DNA of 64,000 nucleotides, from the NCBI GenBank assembly GCA_043228905.1, contig JBHGNT010000006.1, forward strand, positions 6,944,001 through 7,008,000, read 5' to 3'. Positions 12,381-25,740 of this stretch are shown piece by piece. The notes under the pieces were generated by a model. It did no database searches, had not been told where the DNA came from, and saw nothing but the letters and a program-made list of their open reading frames with translations. The position numbers and the translations under genes were made by a program. The DNA comes from Azolla caroliniana. Its lineage: Eukaryota; Plantae; Polypodiophyta. How positions within the stretch are numbered: the stretch's first letter is position 1; each line of letters begins with the position of its first letter.

Positions 12381-12677
12381 GTGATGATAAGAAAAGATAT
12401 ATATTATGTGAAGAAAATGTACAGTAGCTAGGAGGCTTAAGACTAGCGTTGAACCGATTTGGTTCGAAATAATGCCTTGTGCCTCCTTTTATAGTGTTCT
12501 AAGGAATACTCCTGAAGTTTCTAGAATGTTCCAGAGAAATCTGGAATATACATCAATTTTCTATAATAAAACATAAATGAAAATAATATTCTACATATTA
12601 CAATGTATAGTCTAATGGTCAAGAGCTCGACCCATGTGGCATAAGGTCATGGGTTCGAGTCTTGCCATATCATGACA
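12238..12677 (-). mobile_element. AT-rich solo LTR (440 bp), unknown family
   Basis: TGTCA...TGACA termini and a 5-bp TSD CGAAG. Removing it restores Gag LLETDE|GLTADW. TATA (CTATAAAAGGAGG) lies on the minus strand at 12482-12494; (AG)n at ~12345-12378. Confidence 0.85.
12605..12669 (+). promoter_or_regulatory. tRNA-like segment (Pol III A box and B box) inside a solo LTR
   Basis: TAGTCTAATGG ... GGTTCGAGTCT at tRNA-like spacing; cloverleaf degenerate. Confidence 0.5.
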
Positions 12678-14934
12678 CGAAGGGCTCACGGCAGACTGGG
12701 CCATGGTATGGAGGGTCTGCAGTCATTTTGACAAGTGGCATGAGTGGAGCGATGAGGGCTCGTCGGTGGCAAGGCCGGTCCCGACGAGGGAGCTCGAGGA
12801 GCCGGTCTCGGTACCGGCTAGGAAGGAAGAAACTCGGAGTTGGCTTGAGACGGGCTCAGCCCCGAACGGAATGGTCAAAGGTCCCTCCGGAGGCGCGGCT
12901 CTAGAAGAGTTGTCATAGATGGTGCGAGATCTCCAAATCGCACAGGCCCGGAGGGACAACGGCGAACAGTCTCGTGACCGAAGGCTGCCGGCGGGGCAGC
13001 GGTGCATGTGGTGCGACGCGGTTGGCCACATACGGAAAGAATGCGCGGATTTCGCAGAGGCACTTAGGACTAACGTGGTTTACCTCTAGAACGGGCGGGT
13101 GCACGCGAACGAGACCCAAAAAGCCCTAGAGTTGAATTCGGGGCGCGGCGGAATGAAGCGGTTGATGGAAGAGGCCGCGGCATGACATGCAGAGGCCGTT
13201 AACTACTCAACGTCGACGGGGATCCAGGTCGGGGGTGATGAGGCCCGGAAAGCGAAGGACTCTGGATTCTGGCCGCTGGTGCTAGAGGATCTCCTCGGAG
13301 TACGGTTGAAGAAGGAAGAGGTAGACCGCGCGGAACAGCGTATCCGGGAGGTCGCCGGATGGGACGACCCGGTGGAAGAGAAGACTGGCTTCGTGGCAGC
13401 CGCATGCTAGAACTACGAGGTTCTGGTAGAAGACAAGCACGCAGGAAAGGCCGGAGGGGCAGGCCCCTCGCAATGGTACGAGACCCGGTTCGAACCAAAA
13501 ACTAAATGAGACCGTCAACGTTGGTGCACCAGAGAAGAAGCAGGCTGGTTTTCGACTGAGCACCAAAATCGAACGAACAACAAACCTACGGAAGGTCCTG
13601 GAAGAGAGAATTTTCAACAGCAAGGTCGAGATTTCGTTACGGGAGGTGCTAGGAATCGCCAAGAAGGAGTTCCACGACTCTATCGTGGACTTGGTGAAGC
13701 GGAAGAGGCTCTCGACGGAACCGGAACTGGAGAGGGCAATGGAAGTGTGGACGACACACTAAGAAGACACGGCCCTAGAGGATGAGTTGGCGGAAAGCCA
13801 CTATGGAAATCCCTGTTCGGATCGGCGACGTCCAGGAGCTGGTGGTGGCATTGGTAGACCACGGTTCGGAGATCAACCTGATGTCCAATGACTTCTATAA
13901 AAGGGGGAAATGGCCGATCAACACCAAGCACGGGTGGAAGATATGAGTGGCGATGCGCGCTATAGAGGAGCTGCATGGTGCGTGCCCGAACGTACGCGTG
14001 AAGATCAGCGACGTCGAGATAGATCAACATTTCTTTGTGCAGGAGACTTCCTCACACATGGTAATTCTCGGCAAACCGTACATTACGGCAGCGCGCATGG
14101 AAACGAAAGTAGTAGACAATGGTTCGGCAAATGTGCACGTCAAGAGCCAAGACGGTCGGCATTCCGTCCAATTCATGACAGTGCGACCCAACCACGAGCG
14201 AAACCGCGAGACCCTCGACGGCGATAGCCGAGGGGATTTTCAAAGAGGGCTATCAAGGCGTGGGGCAGCGATAGCCCTCTCTGATAGCGGTGGTTGTACG
14301 AAACCCCATAGATGTACTATAGGCTAAAACACTTGTACCATAGGTAGAGAATTTTGGTTCTCTGATACCAGTGGTTGTACGATAGCCAGCGTAGTTGGCC
14401 GGGAAAAGAAGCGGGCGGAGGAGCGGCTTCAGGCTTGCGGAGTCCTCGGCCCTGAAGAGGAAATCAACGGAGCCGTGGAGGCGTTCTCTTTCGACGACAC
14501 TTTGGGGAAGTTACGGGAGGTGTTCGGAGAAGGCCTTAATGAGGACCAGACGATTCCGGTATGTTCGGAAAAGATGTACGAAGTCATCGCCGACTTCGAT
14601 AGAGGACTCGAGTCGGATCGGACGGCCCGAGTGGATACGAAGTACTATGGACCGGAAGGTGAGGCCAGTTGCGGCACCCTTGACAAAGGGCAGCGAGTTA
14701 CGGAGAAAGGGGATTGCGTCGGACCCAAGTTTACGAGATCCGGCCAACATAGGACACACGTTCACCGACGTAACGCTACGGGAGCTCAAGATTGGTGGGG
14801 GTGGCTTCTACTGTCGGAGGAAGAGGACCGGTTTCGGAGAATGCTCGGGAGGCACGGGAAGGCTTTTGCATTCTCACCGGAGGAGATAGGGTGCGTAGAC
14901 CCGAAGGTTGTGGAACCAATGGTGATCTTCACGG

Positions 14935-15798
14935 TGTCGCGGTATTCCGTGGGTACGTGTAGAAGAGGGGCGGGACCACAGGGGTCTCGGACGAGGAAGT
15001 GATGGGGTGTCGGAAACCGACTTCTCTCCAGTCCCGGTTGTGGCGCGAACCGGAGCGATTCTGGACGCGTACCGGTGGCTACCAAACTCGAGAGAGGAAG
15101 AGAGAGAGAGAGCACGCGTGCAACGCCGACACATCACACACCTCTTATATATAGGAAACACAGGGAAGGGAATGCACCCGACACCAACAGAGACACAAAT
15201 ATGTAGAACCCTGTATGTATATGATTACAACAGTGAGTTACAACTCCAGCTCTGAGCCGGATTGAGGTAAGCTAGGTCGCAACAGCAGTCTGCCACCAAG
15301 CCACCGTCGGGGAGCTCTCGGGCTCGTCGCGCTGAGCGGGGTCTTGCACAGGAGGCCGAGCAGAAGTAAACCCCCACAGAACATACAAGCTCTTCACTGG
15401 GCTAAAACCCTAAAGAGACACGAAGGGGAAGAAGAAGAAGAAGAAGAAGAAGAAACCAAGACGAAACCCTAAAACGAAATAGGGTGAAGACCAAAGTACA
15501 AACCCTAAGGGAACAAGAATAAGATGAAGAGGAAGAACACTACCAAACCCTAGACCTAAGTGGTATACCCTTCCTAACTCAAAATGGGCAACCCTTTCAC
15601 AAGAGGCGCTCCCTTCCTTTTATAGAACAAGGAGGGAGATGCGTTACAATGTGGGATAAATCCCTTATACATGGGATCCTCTGTCCCGATTTAACTTCTA
15701 TTATTCACACGTTTTTACAAGGGTAAGTCCACATGGTGCACACTATCGATTCTCCCGATATTCTTCGATTCTGCCTAGGGACGGTTTTCTCCACGACA
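14935..15798 (-). mobile_element. Group A/B solo LTR (864 bp)
   Basis: TG...CA termini and a 4-bp TSD ACGG (14931-14934, 15799-15802). Removing it restores pol VIFT|VPHVPW. It carries the shared U5 motif GTGGTCCCGCCCC on the minus strand. Confidence 0.9.
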
Positions 15799-16587
15799 AC
15801 GGTACCGCATGTGCCGTGGAGTCTCAAACTGATTCCAGTACCCAGAGTCACATCTCGAAGCTGATGGAGCTGCTGAAACAGAAGGTAAAGATAGGCATCC
15901 TCGAACCGTCGAGTGCCCCATATTCGAATCGGTGGTTTACCATGCCGAAGAAGAACGGCACACTGCACTTCATACAGGACCTACAGTCGGTCAACAAGGT
16001 GACCATTCAAAACGCAAGTATCGGACCGACCATCGATGAGTTTGCGGAGGCCTTCGCAGGGAGGTCGATCTACTCGGTCGGGGACCTGTACTCAGGCTAC
16101 GATCAGTTCTAGCTAGCCGTAGAGAGCAGGGATATCATGACGATGCGGACTCCTCTCGGCCTAGTTCGGATGTGTACCTTGCTGCAAGGAGGAACGAACT
16201 CGGTGGCGCACATGGTGAATGCGATGAACAAGGTGTTGAGGGATTGCATCCCAGACATCACCATGTCGTTTCTAGACGACATCCCAATCAAAGGATGTCC
16301 AATGGAGGACAAGGACGAGTCTGTCGGGCCCGACGGTTGCCGGATGTTCGTGATGGATCACATCCATGACTGCGAGAAGGTGCTACAAAGACTCCAGAGC
16401 GTGCGGCTCACCTTCTCTAGACAAAAATTAGCATTCGGACAGCCGAAGATCCTGATAGTCGGACACCTGTGCGGGCCCTATGGCCGGAAACCATCCCCGG
16501 CAAGGGTAGAAGCCATCTCCATGATGAAGGACGATTGCGGGTCGGTTACGGAGGTCTGCAGATTCTTGGGTGTGTGCGCGTTTTACC

Positions 16588-19302
16588 TGTTAGGAAACAG
16601 GTCCCTCCGGATGGGAAGTGAGAAGACCCGGTGAGAACCGGATGTGGAGTACCCAGCAAGGAAGACCCGGTGAGAACCGGATGACGAGTGCCCGACAAGA
16701 GCCGGATGATGCAGGCCCGGTGAGGAGTGCTCACTGGATGAAGGGACATATTCGTAAATATGTTTGTGAGAGTCCATTGGGGCTATATTTGTAAATAGCC
16801 GAAAAGTCATATTAGTATAAATATGACTTAGGGTAAACTTAGTGAGTAGCAGTTGTCATTCTTGTTGGTGCAAGATTTGAGTGCAATCGTGTACAGAGAG
16901 AGAGTGAGAGACAGTGAACAAGAGATCGTTGCCTCTGTGTTCATCTACTGTATATTGTAACATAGTGATAGTTTGCAGTCTTTGGATTGCCGTGGTTTTT
17001 TCCCGTGTTTGGGTTTTCCACGTAAACATCCTATGTGCTCTTCTCTTTATTGTGTGGTACGTACATTACCAATTTTTCTGTGTTTGATCCTAGACTCGGT
17101 TGTGGCCGAGCGTTGTTTTCGGGAGCATGTAGTCCTGTCAAAGAGGTATCAAAGCGAAACAACATAGAAAATGGACGAATCGTTGGGAGGCATGTTCAAG
17201 TTCACCGGCTCCAATTATTCAGTATGGAAGTCGAAGATGAGGGACATGCTCGTGGTTAAAGATCTTTGGTTGTGGGTTCAGTTTGGGGACAAGAGACCGG
17301 ACAAAATCGATGCCATGATATGGGAGGTGATGCACATGAAGACAATGGCTTACATACGGTGCTTCATCGACATGAGTCTATACAACAACTTCAATTAAGA
17401 GAGCAAGGATCATGAGCTCTAGGAGAAGATTGGCATTATGTTTCAAAACAAAAATGTTGTTAATTAGGTTTCGGTATTTCGGAAGCTAGTAAGACTCTGG
17501 TACCAAGATGGCTCCAGCATGGCAGAGCACATGAATGCCTTCCAGGGGCTGATCCACCAGGCAACATCATTGGAAGTACCTCTCACCGATGAGGTACTAG
17601 CACTACTCCTGCTCGGTTCCCTCCTAGATAGCTGGGAGACGTTGGTTGTCACTTTGGGCAACGCCGGGCCGGAAGGGAAACGGTTATCCCTAGCAAGAGT
17701 GAAGTCGAGCTTGCTAGATGAGGAGGCGTGTCGGAAAGACAAGGATACAAACTCCGACTCCAAAGCGCTCATTACCGAATCGGAACGCGGAAGACAAAGG
17801 AATCGTAGTCCCCAGAACCGGGAAAAGTCGGGGACACAGTCAAAGTCAAGGGGGAGGTTTACTTGCTTCTATTGCGGCAAGCCGGGACACTTCCAGAAGA
17901 ACTGTTGGCACTTCCGAAAAGACAAGGAAACCGACGGTACCAATTCGAAGTGGACACTGGACTGAAACGATAAAGACTGAAGGAGGCCGGACTGGAAGGG
18001 AACGACGACAATCGCGGCAAGTGAAGAAGAGTTGATGCTCATCACCAAGGAGAGTGAGCTAAACCTTGCCGGCGATGAAATGACCTGGGTGGTCGACTCC
18101 GGAGTGTCGTTCCACCTTACCCCGGACCGAAAATGCTTCTCATCCTACTCAGCCGGTGATCACAGCTGTGTCGGCATAGGAGACGTGTGGTTGACAACCC
18201 CAACCGGATGCAAGCTGTTGCTGAAGGATGTTCGACACGTTCCGGAGGTCCGACTGAACCTGATATTAGCCGGTCGGCTAGATGATGAAGGCTACATAGG
18301 TAGCATCCGGAACGGAGTCATGAAATTCAGCAAAGGGAGCCTAATAGTGGCTCAGACCCAGAAGGTCAACACATTGTACCTGATGAATGCCCGGTTATGC
18401 CCGGTTATGCCCGGAAGAAGTGAACGTGGCTTCCGACACTACGAGTGAGATGTGCCACAAGAGGCCGTGTCACATGAGTGAGAAGGGGATGAAGAGGCTT
18501 GCAGATGGCAACCTCATTCTAGTGAAGAACGTGCACTTGGAGAAGTGCACTGATTGTCTGGCCGGTAAGCAAAACCGGACCTCCTTCTGATCGAGGTCAC
18601 CGATGAGACGTAATGCACCACTGGAGTTGGTGCATACTGATGTGTGTCAAGTGGACACGATGTCACATGCTGGATCGCAGTACTTCGTGACGTTCATAGA
18701 TGACTACAGCCGGAAGCTATGGGCCACACCCTTGAAGACGAAGGATCAGGTGCTATCCGTCTTCAAAGAGCTCCACGCGAGAGTGGAAAGAGAAACTGGC
18801 TGGAAGCTGAAGGCGGTTCGAGCAGATAACGGAGGTGAATACCGGGGGCAGTTCGAGGAGTATTGTCGCTCGAAGGGAATCCGGCTCGAATTTACCGTGC
18901 CGAAGATGCCGGAACTAAACGGGCTGGCCGAGACGATGAACCAGATCATAATGGAGAGGGTCCGGAGTATGCTGGCACATGCAAAATTACCCAAGAAGTT
19001 TTGGGCTGAGGCGCTGTCGATGGAGACATATGTGATAAACAGATCACCCTCAGTACCCTTGGACGGAGACACATCGTAGAGAGTATGGACCGGTAAGGAA
19101 GTGTCCTACCGGCATTTGTAGGTGTTCGGGTGTCTCGCGTACGTGCATGTAGCTAAGGACCGGAGAGGAAAGTTGGATCTAAAGACCCGGCCATGCATAT
19201 TCCTCGGTTACGGCGACGATGACTTTGGCTACCGAGTGTGGGACCCGGTCGACCAGAAAGTATTCCGGAGTCGAGATATTATCTTCATGGAGGACAAGAC
19301 GA
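16588..19302 (+). mobile_element. 3'-truncated Ty1/Copia element (LTR 16588-17140, degenerate iMet PBS 17144-17155, decayed gag-PR-IN from 17171)
   Basis: CFYCGKPGHFQKNC knuckle, WVVDSG protease, and integrase VHTDV..FIDDYSR..ADNGGEY..NGLAE, in Copia domain order. Confidence 0.9.
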
Positions 19303-20455
19303 TGTCGTGCCTTTCGGCTTTGGATCGTTGCATGAGTCGGGTGGGAACCGCTGGGGTTTTGGACTAGGACGAAAGAAAATTCTAAGGCAATTAAGAATAT
19401 GAAATATATTGTAAGAAAGAAAGATATGAAAAACTCGTGAATTCCATGAGTATAGTGTATTAGTGAGTACTCAAATTAAGAGAGAAAAATAGTTAGCAAA
19501 CTCGTGAATCCCACGATTATATTATATTAATCAACCCTTGTAAAATAATCAACAACCTCTATACATCTTTCTCTCTTCCTTATATAGTGTTGGAAGAGTC
19601 TAAGTTTATCACATGCAAGTATCATGCTTTTCCTATCTTTAGTTTTCATGCACACTGCATGTTCATGATTAGCTTTCTATCTCATCTTTTCTTTTAACTC
19701 GAGTGTCTATGCATGAATAACTTTTTGTACCATACATGTCTAGAATATTTACATGGGATAAAGTTTAGTATAACTTTAAAATTCATAATACGCTAGTATA
19801 ATGATAAGGCTTAACATTATTAACATGGAGGTGCAAGGTTCGAAACTTGCCCTATGCATGTAATATATAATTTTATACTTTTTTCTATTTACAAATATGT
19901 CTCTTCATCTAGTGAGAAACTCTCACCGGCCTTCTTCATCCGGCTCTTCCCGGGTCTCCTTACCGGTTTCGGTCCTCACCTGATCTTCCTTCCGGTTCTT
20001 ACTGGGTACTCCATATCCTATCCAGAGAAACCAAAAATGTAATTTTTCACGTAGTGTGCGAATTACACTACGACACTCGCCCCCTCCGAACCCGCACATC
20101 CTCCGGTATGTGCCGAAGTCCCCGATGCTTGCTATTCACCTTCATCTGAAGCTTCCTCCAATTCTCCGCTTAAGTCAACTATGAGTTGTAATCCACTTTC
20201 CTCGCTTTCTGCATCACCGCGATCTTCATCCGATTGCTCCTTCTTGTCGGTCTTTTCTAGGATCACATAGGGTTCTTCTTCAATCCGCTTCTTGAAAATC
20301 TTCACCCGTTTCCCGGCTATAGGCACTCGTAGCATCATTCCATCCACAACTCGCATAGTCGGTAAGTTCCGTTCACGAAAACTTTCCAAACCTCGTATGG
20401 CCCGAACCACCTTTTCGCGAATTTCCTCATCGTTGTATGTTGATGATCCAAACTA
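19303..20455 (-). mobile_element. 3' end of a minus-strand group A element (AT-rich LTR 19303-20075, PPT ~20076-20087, integrase C-terminal remnant)
   Basis: TGTCGTG...TACGACA termini, PPT GGAGGGGGCGAG on minus, ORF 20132-20410 with DG..LRVPIAGKRVKIFKKR as in group A integrase ends. Confidence 0.78.
19790..19851 (+). promoter_or_regulatory. tRNA-like segment (A and B boxes) inside an LTR
   Basis: TAGTATAATGA ... GCAAG-GTTCGAAA-CTTGC T-arm-like hairpin. Confidence 0.45.
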
Positions 20456-23400
20456 CTATCGTAGACAATCACCCAATCTCAAGACCGGCCAAGGAGGAGC
20501 TTGAAAGCGGAGAAGAGCCCTCCAAGCGGATTCCGGAGACTCCGGCAATCGAGGCCATGTGCCGACATAAGACCCGAGAGATGGAAGGAGCAAGGTCGAA
20601 GATGGATGCCAACGAAGATGGATGGGAAATGGCCCGCAAGAAGGTCGACGAAGGAACCAAGAAACGACCCGACCGGGGACCAAACCGCGCGGTACTTTGA
20701 TTTGGGTGGAGCATGATCCAGTCGTGGATTGCTCGACCGGGGCCAAAATCGGCATGAAAGTGTCAATACGAAAGAGGATGGGGGACGAGCCGCCCTCTTT
20801 TACATGGGGAGAAAGACCGACCGAGCAAAGGTCGGGAACCGAAAGGAAGGTGATCAAGGGTTCAGAACGAATCCGGCGGGATTGGCATCGGAGCCGAAAA
20901 ACCGGACATTGGAGAATCAAGCCTAGGCGGGCTTGGTTGATCACAGAGCGGATGCTATCCACCGACACCACTAAAAGGGTCGGTGGCCTAGGACAAGTCG
21001 TCGGAAGACGTTACGAAACCGGTTACCCCACATCTGGACCGGAGACTTCGGCAGGTCAAGCCAATGTGACAACGTGTGATCGAAAGAGAAGGGAGATGGT
21101 AGGGGAGCGTAAAGGAGGGATTAACGGTGACGGGGAGAAACGAAGGGAGAAAGGAAAACCAGTCCTATGGGATCCTCACACCGATCCGGAGACACCGGCA
21201 GTTCAAGCCGACGTGGCAACGTGAGACCGAGTGAGAAGGATGGTGGCGGTAGGAAACAGGACCCGACAATGCGGAGTGACGGTTGGATCCGGATGAAAAC
21301 CGGGCGGAGCAGACTTCCGGATAACCAATCAGGAAGGGAGGAAGAGGCAGGCCTACAAAGAGGCCGGGAAAACGGTATGGTGGTACCACGAGGGAGGGTG
21401 TGGAGCAAGCCACCCTCTCGACATGCAGAGAAGAACAACCCGGTAAAGGGTCGGGAATACGAGAAGCCCAAGGAGGATTCTTCACACCGGATCTAGAGAC
21501 TTCGGCAGTCGGCAGCGAAGCCGACGTAAGACCAAGAGACTAACAGTGGCATCGAGGGGACGAGGGCAAAGGCAGCGAAAGAGCGTTCCTATGGGGTCCT
21601 CACACCAATCTGGAGACACCGGAAGTTCAAGCCGACATGGCAACGTGAGACCGAGTGAGAAGGAAGGTGGCGGCAGGAAACGGGAACCAACGATGAAGGG
21701 ACTGCAGATGGGCGGTCTACGGAGATCCTCACACCGATCCGGCAGTCAACCGGAGTGCCGGCGTGAGTCCTATAGGAAAGGACGGTGGCGGTAGGTGAAC
21801 GTGATCGGTTGGTGAAGGTAGAGCGACAAGGAGGTATCGGGCCGGTGAGAGGGCCAGAAACCGAAATAGACCTTCCTGCAAGGTCATGAGGATAAAGGAA
21901 GCTGATCCTATGGGGTCCTCACACTAGTTCCGGAGACCTTGATAGTGCAAGCCAGCAAGGCGACGTAAGACCAAGGAGAAAGACGGTGGCGGTGGGAAAC
22001 GAGACCCGACAACAACGAAAGCCGGCAAGACAAGGTAGTCGGGGTGCGAAACCTTTACCGGCCGGTTACAGTTTCCGAAGGGCCGGGAAGGTAAGCATGA
22101 AGCGGTGTGTCAGGCCAGAAAGCACACCCAGAGCTGAAGAAGGATCGTGCAAGTGGCCATCAAGGGCCAAGTCAAAGCACGACTAAGGGACGGCGTTCGG
22201 TGCAGGTGGCACTGAACAAGGGAACAGAAGACGACACACAATGATGCCAGGAACGTGGACGAGGGCACGCTACAAGCTGCACGGTTGAAGATAGGAGGCA
22301 ATATCAAGGCCCGAACCCGCTTCAGAGATCTTGGCGGTTCAATCGGAGTGGCAACGACTGGTGTGGCGTGCCAAACCCGAGATAACAAGCTGGTGGGGGC
22401 GAGGGGACGACGGCAAGCGGAAGGCTCCAAACCGGTGGCAGCAGCGCAAGACGCGTGGCCAAGCGAGCTACTACGGGGTGTTCCGCAGAGGCGGAGGACA
22501 CTGGCATACGGAAAGGCGTCGATGCACGATTTGGCCGGGCAAGGGCCGACGACACGTGCATGGGAAGTGATCAGAGTTCAGCACGAGCGGTGCTGAACAA
22601 CGAGGAGGGAATGTGCGGCACATGGAGGTGCCAGAGCAGGAGTACAGGCGCGACGGATGGTGTCAGGTTCAGGTGATCTCGCGTAGAAGGCCGGAGAGGG
22701 ATCCTCCACACCGATTCACGAGACCTTGGCAGTTCGAGCCGAGGTGGCAACATAAGACCGAGGAGAAGGAAGGTGGCAGCGAGGGGACGAAGGCGATGAA
22801 CGACAATGGACTGCAACCAAGAGGACACGAAGGTCTACAGAGGCTAAGCGGGACATCACGGGTGCTCCTCAGACGAAGGACACTGCATATCCGGAGGAAC
22901 AGGAAGTGTGCAGGCGGTTGAGAGGAGGGCCAACAAGGGAGCATGCGCGCAAGAGGGATCGCGGCAAGGACCTATCGACGGGTCGAACAAGCCTACGGAG
23001 AGGCGAGCGCGAGGAAGAACCGGAGCCGATGGTTCAGACCAGCAAGGCCGATGCGGCAGCCGGAGTGCGGATTACAGAAGACCGGTTCTTCACCTGCCGG
23101 AATCATTCACCTTTCCCCCGAATCTGGCACATACCGGTGGATGTGCAGTTTGGTGAGGGCGGATGTCATGAAGATTCTGGGCTATGGTGAGAAACCGGGA
23201 GATATTGGAGGAATTAGCAAGGTGCACCATGTGCACCCACCCTTGTAAAAATATCTGAATAATAGGGGTTCCTTTATGGCACCGAGTAGGAGTTTAATCA
23301 AGATAGAGAATCCCATGTAAATCGGGATTTATCCCACATTGTAGGGCATCCCTCTCCTTGTTCTATAAAAGGAAGGGAGGGTTCCTTGTAGAGGGGTTGC

Positions 23401-23907
23401 CCATTTTGAGTCATATGGGTATACCATTTTGTAGAGGGTCTTTCTTTTGTTAAGAGTTCCTAGGGTTAGTAACTTCCTGTTTTCTTTTCTTCTTCTTCTC
23501 CTTCTTGAGAAGTTGGGTGTCGCAGCTATGGCGACAAAGCTGTTAGGTTAACTTCTTTTCTTCTGAGCGTACCCCGGCTCGAAGCCGGGGTTGTCTCTTT
23601 TCCCTTCGTAATATACATATAATCATATCTGTTTGTGCATATTGGTATATCTCGTGGTGTCAGGAGCATAGCCCCTTTTGTTTCCTGTGCATAAGAGTTG
23701 GTGTCACGCGCATTCTCTCTCTCGTGTTCGGCTACCTCCGAGTTGTGTCCGGAGTTGGTTTTCTTGGCATCCCTTTCTCCCTTGTCCGAGACCCCTGTGG
23801 TCCCGCCCCTTCTACACGCACGCGTGTAATAACGCGACATCTTTGGTGAACCCGACGTGAAAGGGCGGCAAGGGAGAATGGAGTTGGAAGAAGACGACTT
23901 CGCGCTT
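20456..23907 (+). mobile_element. TR-GAG-like element copy 3 (5'-truncated; repeat array ~21020-22760; LTR 23164-23839 followed by a PBS at 23844-23861 and a new gag start)
   Basis: Collinear with ~1400-3960; PPT-like GGTGAGGGCGGA before the LTR; MELEEDDF start at 23878. Confidence 0.8.
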
Positions 23908-24758
23908 CTTTCTGTGTCGTTTTGCCCTGATACCAGTTTGACGAGAAATGTGCGGAATAATCTCCGGCCACAACCGAAGCGTATATCACTTGATGACAAT
24001 CAAACACAGAAGAAATGGGAATGGAGGTAAGTACACAAACAAAAAGAGAATACACAGGATGTTAACGTGGAAAACCCTGAGAGGGAAAAACCACGGGAGT
24101 CCACAGACTCCAAACTATCACTATGCCAAGGAGTACAACAAGGAGCACAGAGGCAACGACCTGTTGCTCACAATCTTCGCCTAGCGGCGGTTACAACAAA
24201 GGCATGCTCTGTATCGCTCTCTCTCTCTCTCTCTCTGTACAGTCATTACACCAATTACTACTATACAAAAATAATAACAGCAACAACAATTATTCTTACA
24301 CACTGTTTGCCCTAGGTCACATTTATACTAATATGACATTAGGACTATTTACAGATATAGCCCCAATGGGCTCTCAAAAACATATCTACATATATGTCCC
24401 TTCATCTGGTGAGAGGTTCTCACCGGGCCTGCAACATCCGGTTCTCACCGGGTCTTCCTTGCCGGGTACTCGTCATCCAGTTCTCACCGGGTCTGCATCA
24501 TCCGGTTCTCACCGGGTCTGCATCATCCGGTTCTCACAGGGTCTTCCTTGCCGGGTACTCGTGATCCGGTTCTCATCGAGTCTGCATCATCCAGTTCTGG
24601 GTACTCCATATCTGGTTCTAACCGAGTCTTCCGTTGTCGGGTACTCCACATCTGGTTCTCACCGGGTTTTCCGTTGTCGGGTACTCCACATCCGGTTCTC
24701 ACCAGGTCTTCCGATGTCGGGGTTTCGTATCCCATTCGGAGGGACTGAGATCCTAACA
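23908..24758 (-). mobile_element. Ty1/Copia 5' LTR (23939-24758) with iMet PBS (23924-23935)
   Basis: TGGTATCAGGGC on minus; LTR homologous to 9430-10135, with CCGG-rich tandem repeats at ~24410-24720. Confidence 0.82.
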
Positions 24759-25180
24759 TTGGGCTACAATGAGAAACCGGGAGATATTGGAGGAATCAGC
24801 AAGGTGCACCATGTGCACCCACCCTTGTAAAAACGTCTGAATAATAGGGGTGCCTTTATGCCGCCGAGTAGGAGTTTAGCCGGGACAGAGAATCCCATGT
24901 AAATCGGGATTTATCCCACATTGTAGGGCATCCCTCTCCTTGTTCTATAAAAGGAAGGGAGGGTCCCTTGTAGAGGGGTTGCCCATTTTGAGTCGTATGG
25001 GTATACCATTTTGTAGAGGGTCTTTCTTTTGTTAAGAGTTCCTAGGGTTCGTAACTTCCTGTTTTCTTTTCTTCTTCTTCTCCTTCTTGAGAAGTCGGGG
25101 GCCACAACTATGGCGGCAAAGCTGTTAGGTTAACTTCTTTTTTTCTAAGCGTACCCCAGCTCGAAGCCAGGGTTGTATCT
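24759..25180 (+). repeat. LTR fragment, near-duplicate of 23178-23600
   Basis: Direct similarity to the LTR at 23164-23839. Confidence 0.85.
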
Positions 25181-25740
25181 TAGCGCGGTCTCTTCACAAG
25201 TGACAAAAACCAACACTCTCTCTCACACACACATATCGGACCGTGGAGTGCTGAGAGCCAACAAACAGGAACTCAGGGAAGGTGCAGACAATCCGCACGC
25301 CGCCTGCCACAACCGAACACACCACCTACGCACACACACAAATGACACCAAAACCCTAACAGAAAAATAGAGATAACACACACACCAAGATGAAGAGAAG
25401 ACAAAAATAGACATTATACACAGAAGTTATTAACACCAAAAATGGAACCCACAAAGGGGAACAATGAGGAACAAAATTGTTTGGGACCCAATGGTTGGGA
25501 ACCCCGTACAAGAAGCGCGCCCTCCCTTTTATAGAACAAGGTGAGGGCAGCGTGATCATGTGGGATAAATCCCGTGATACATGGGATTCTCTGTCCGAAC
25601 TTGACTCCTACTCGGCGCCATAAAGGCACCCCTATTATTCACACATTTTTACAAGGATAAGTGATAACTGCACATGATGCACTCCGCCGATTCTTCTGAT
25701 ATTCCCCAATTTCTCACTATGGCCCGGAAGCTTCATGACA
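25181..25740 (-). repeat. Group A/B LTR fragment
   Basis: Ends CTTCATGACA (TGTCATGAAG on minus); carries the group's ATCCCACA...CTATAAAAGG promoter block on minus; flank ACGG. Confidence 0.75.

Larger units (their letters stand above)
11489..16587 (+). mobile_element. Degenerate group A Ty3/Gypsy element (165-bp LTR 11489-11653, PBS 11658-11675, gag-PR ~11697-14245, pol to 16587)
   Basis: Trp PBS; Gag, DHGSE protease and RT (YSGYDQF, FLDD) fragments collinear with 52829-56712; split by two solo LTRs and cut by a Copia element. Confidence 0.87.

Noticed and set aside
19297-20081. 19303-20075 as a solo LTR inside a continuous Copia (AAGACG...CTCGCC)
   Set aside because: There is no TSD; CTCGCCCCCTCC is the minus-strand PPT and is followed by Gypsy integrase sequence, not Copia.
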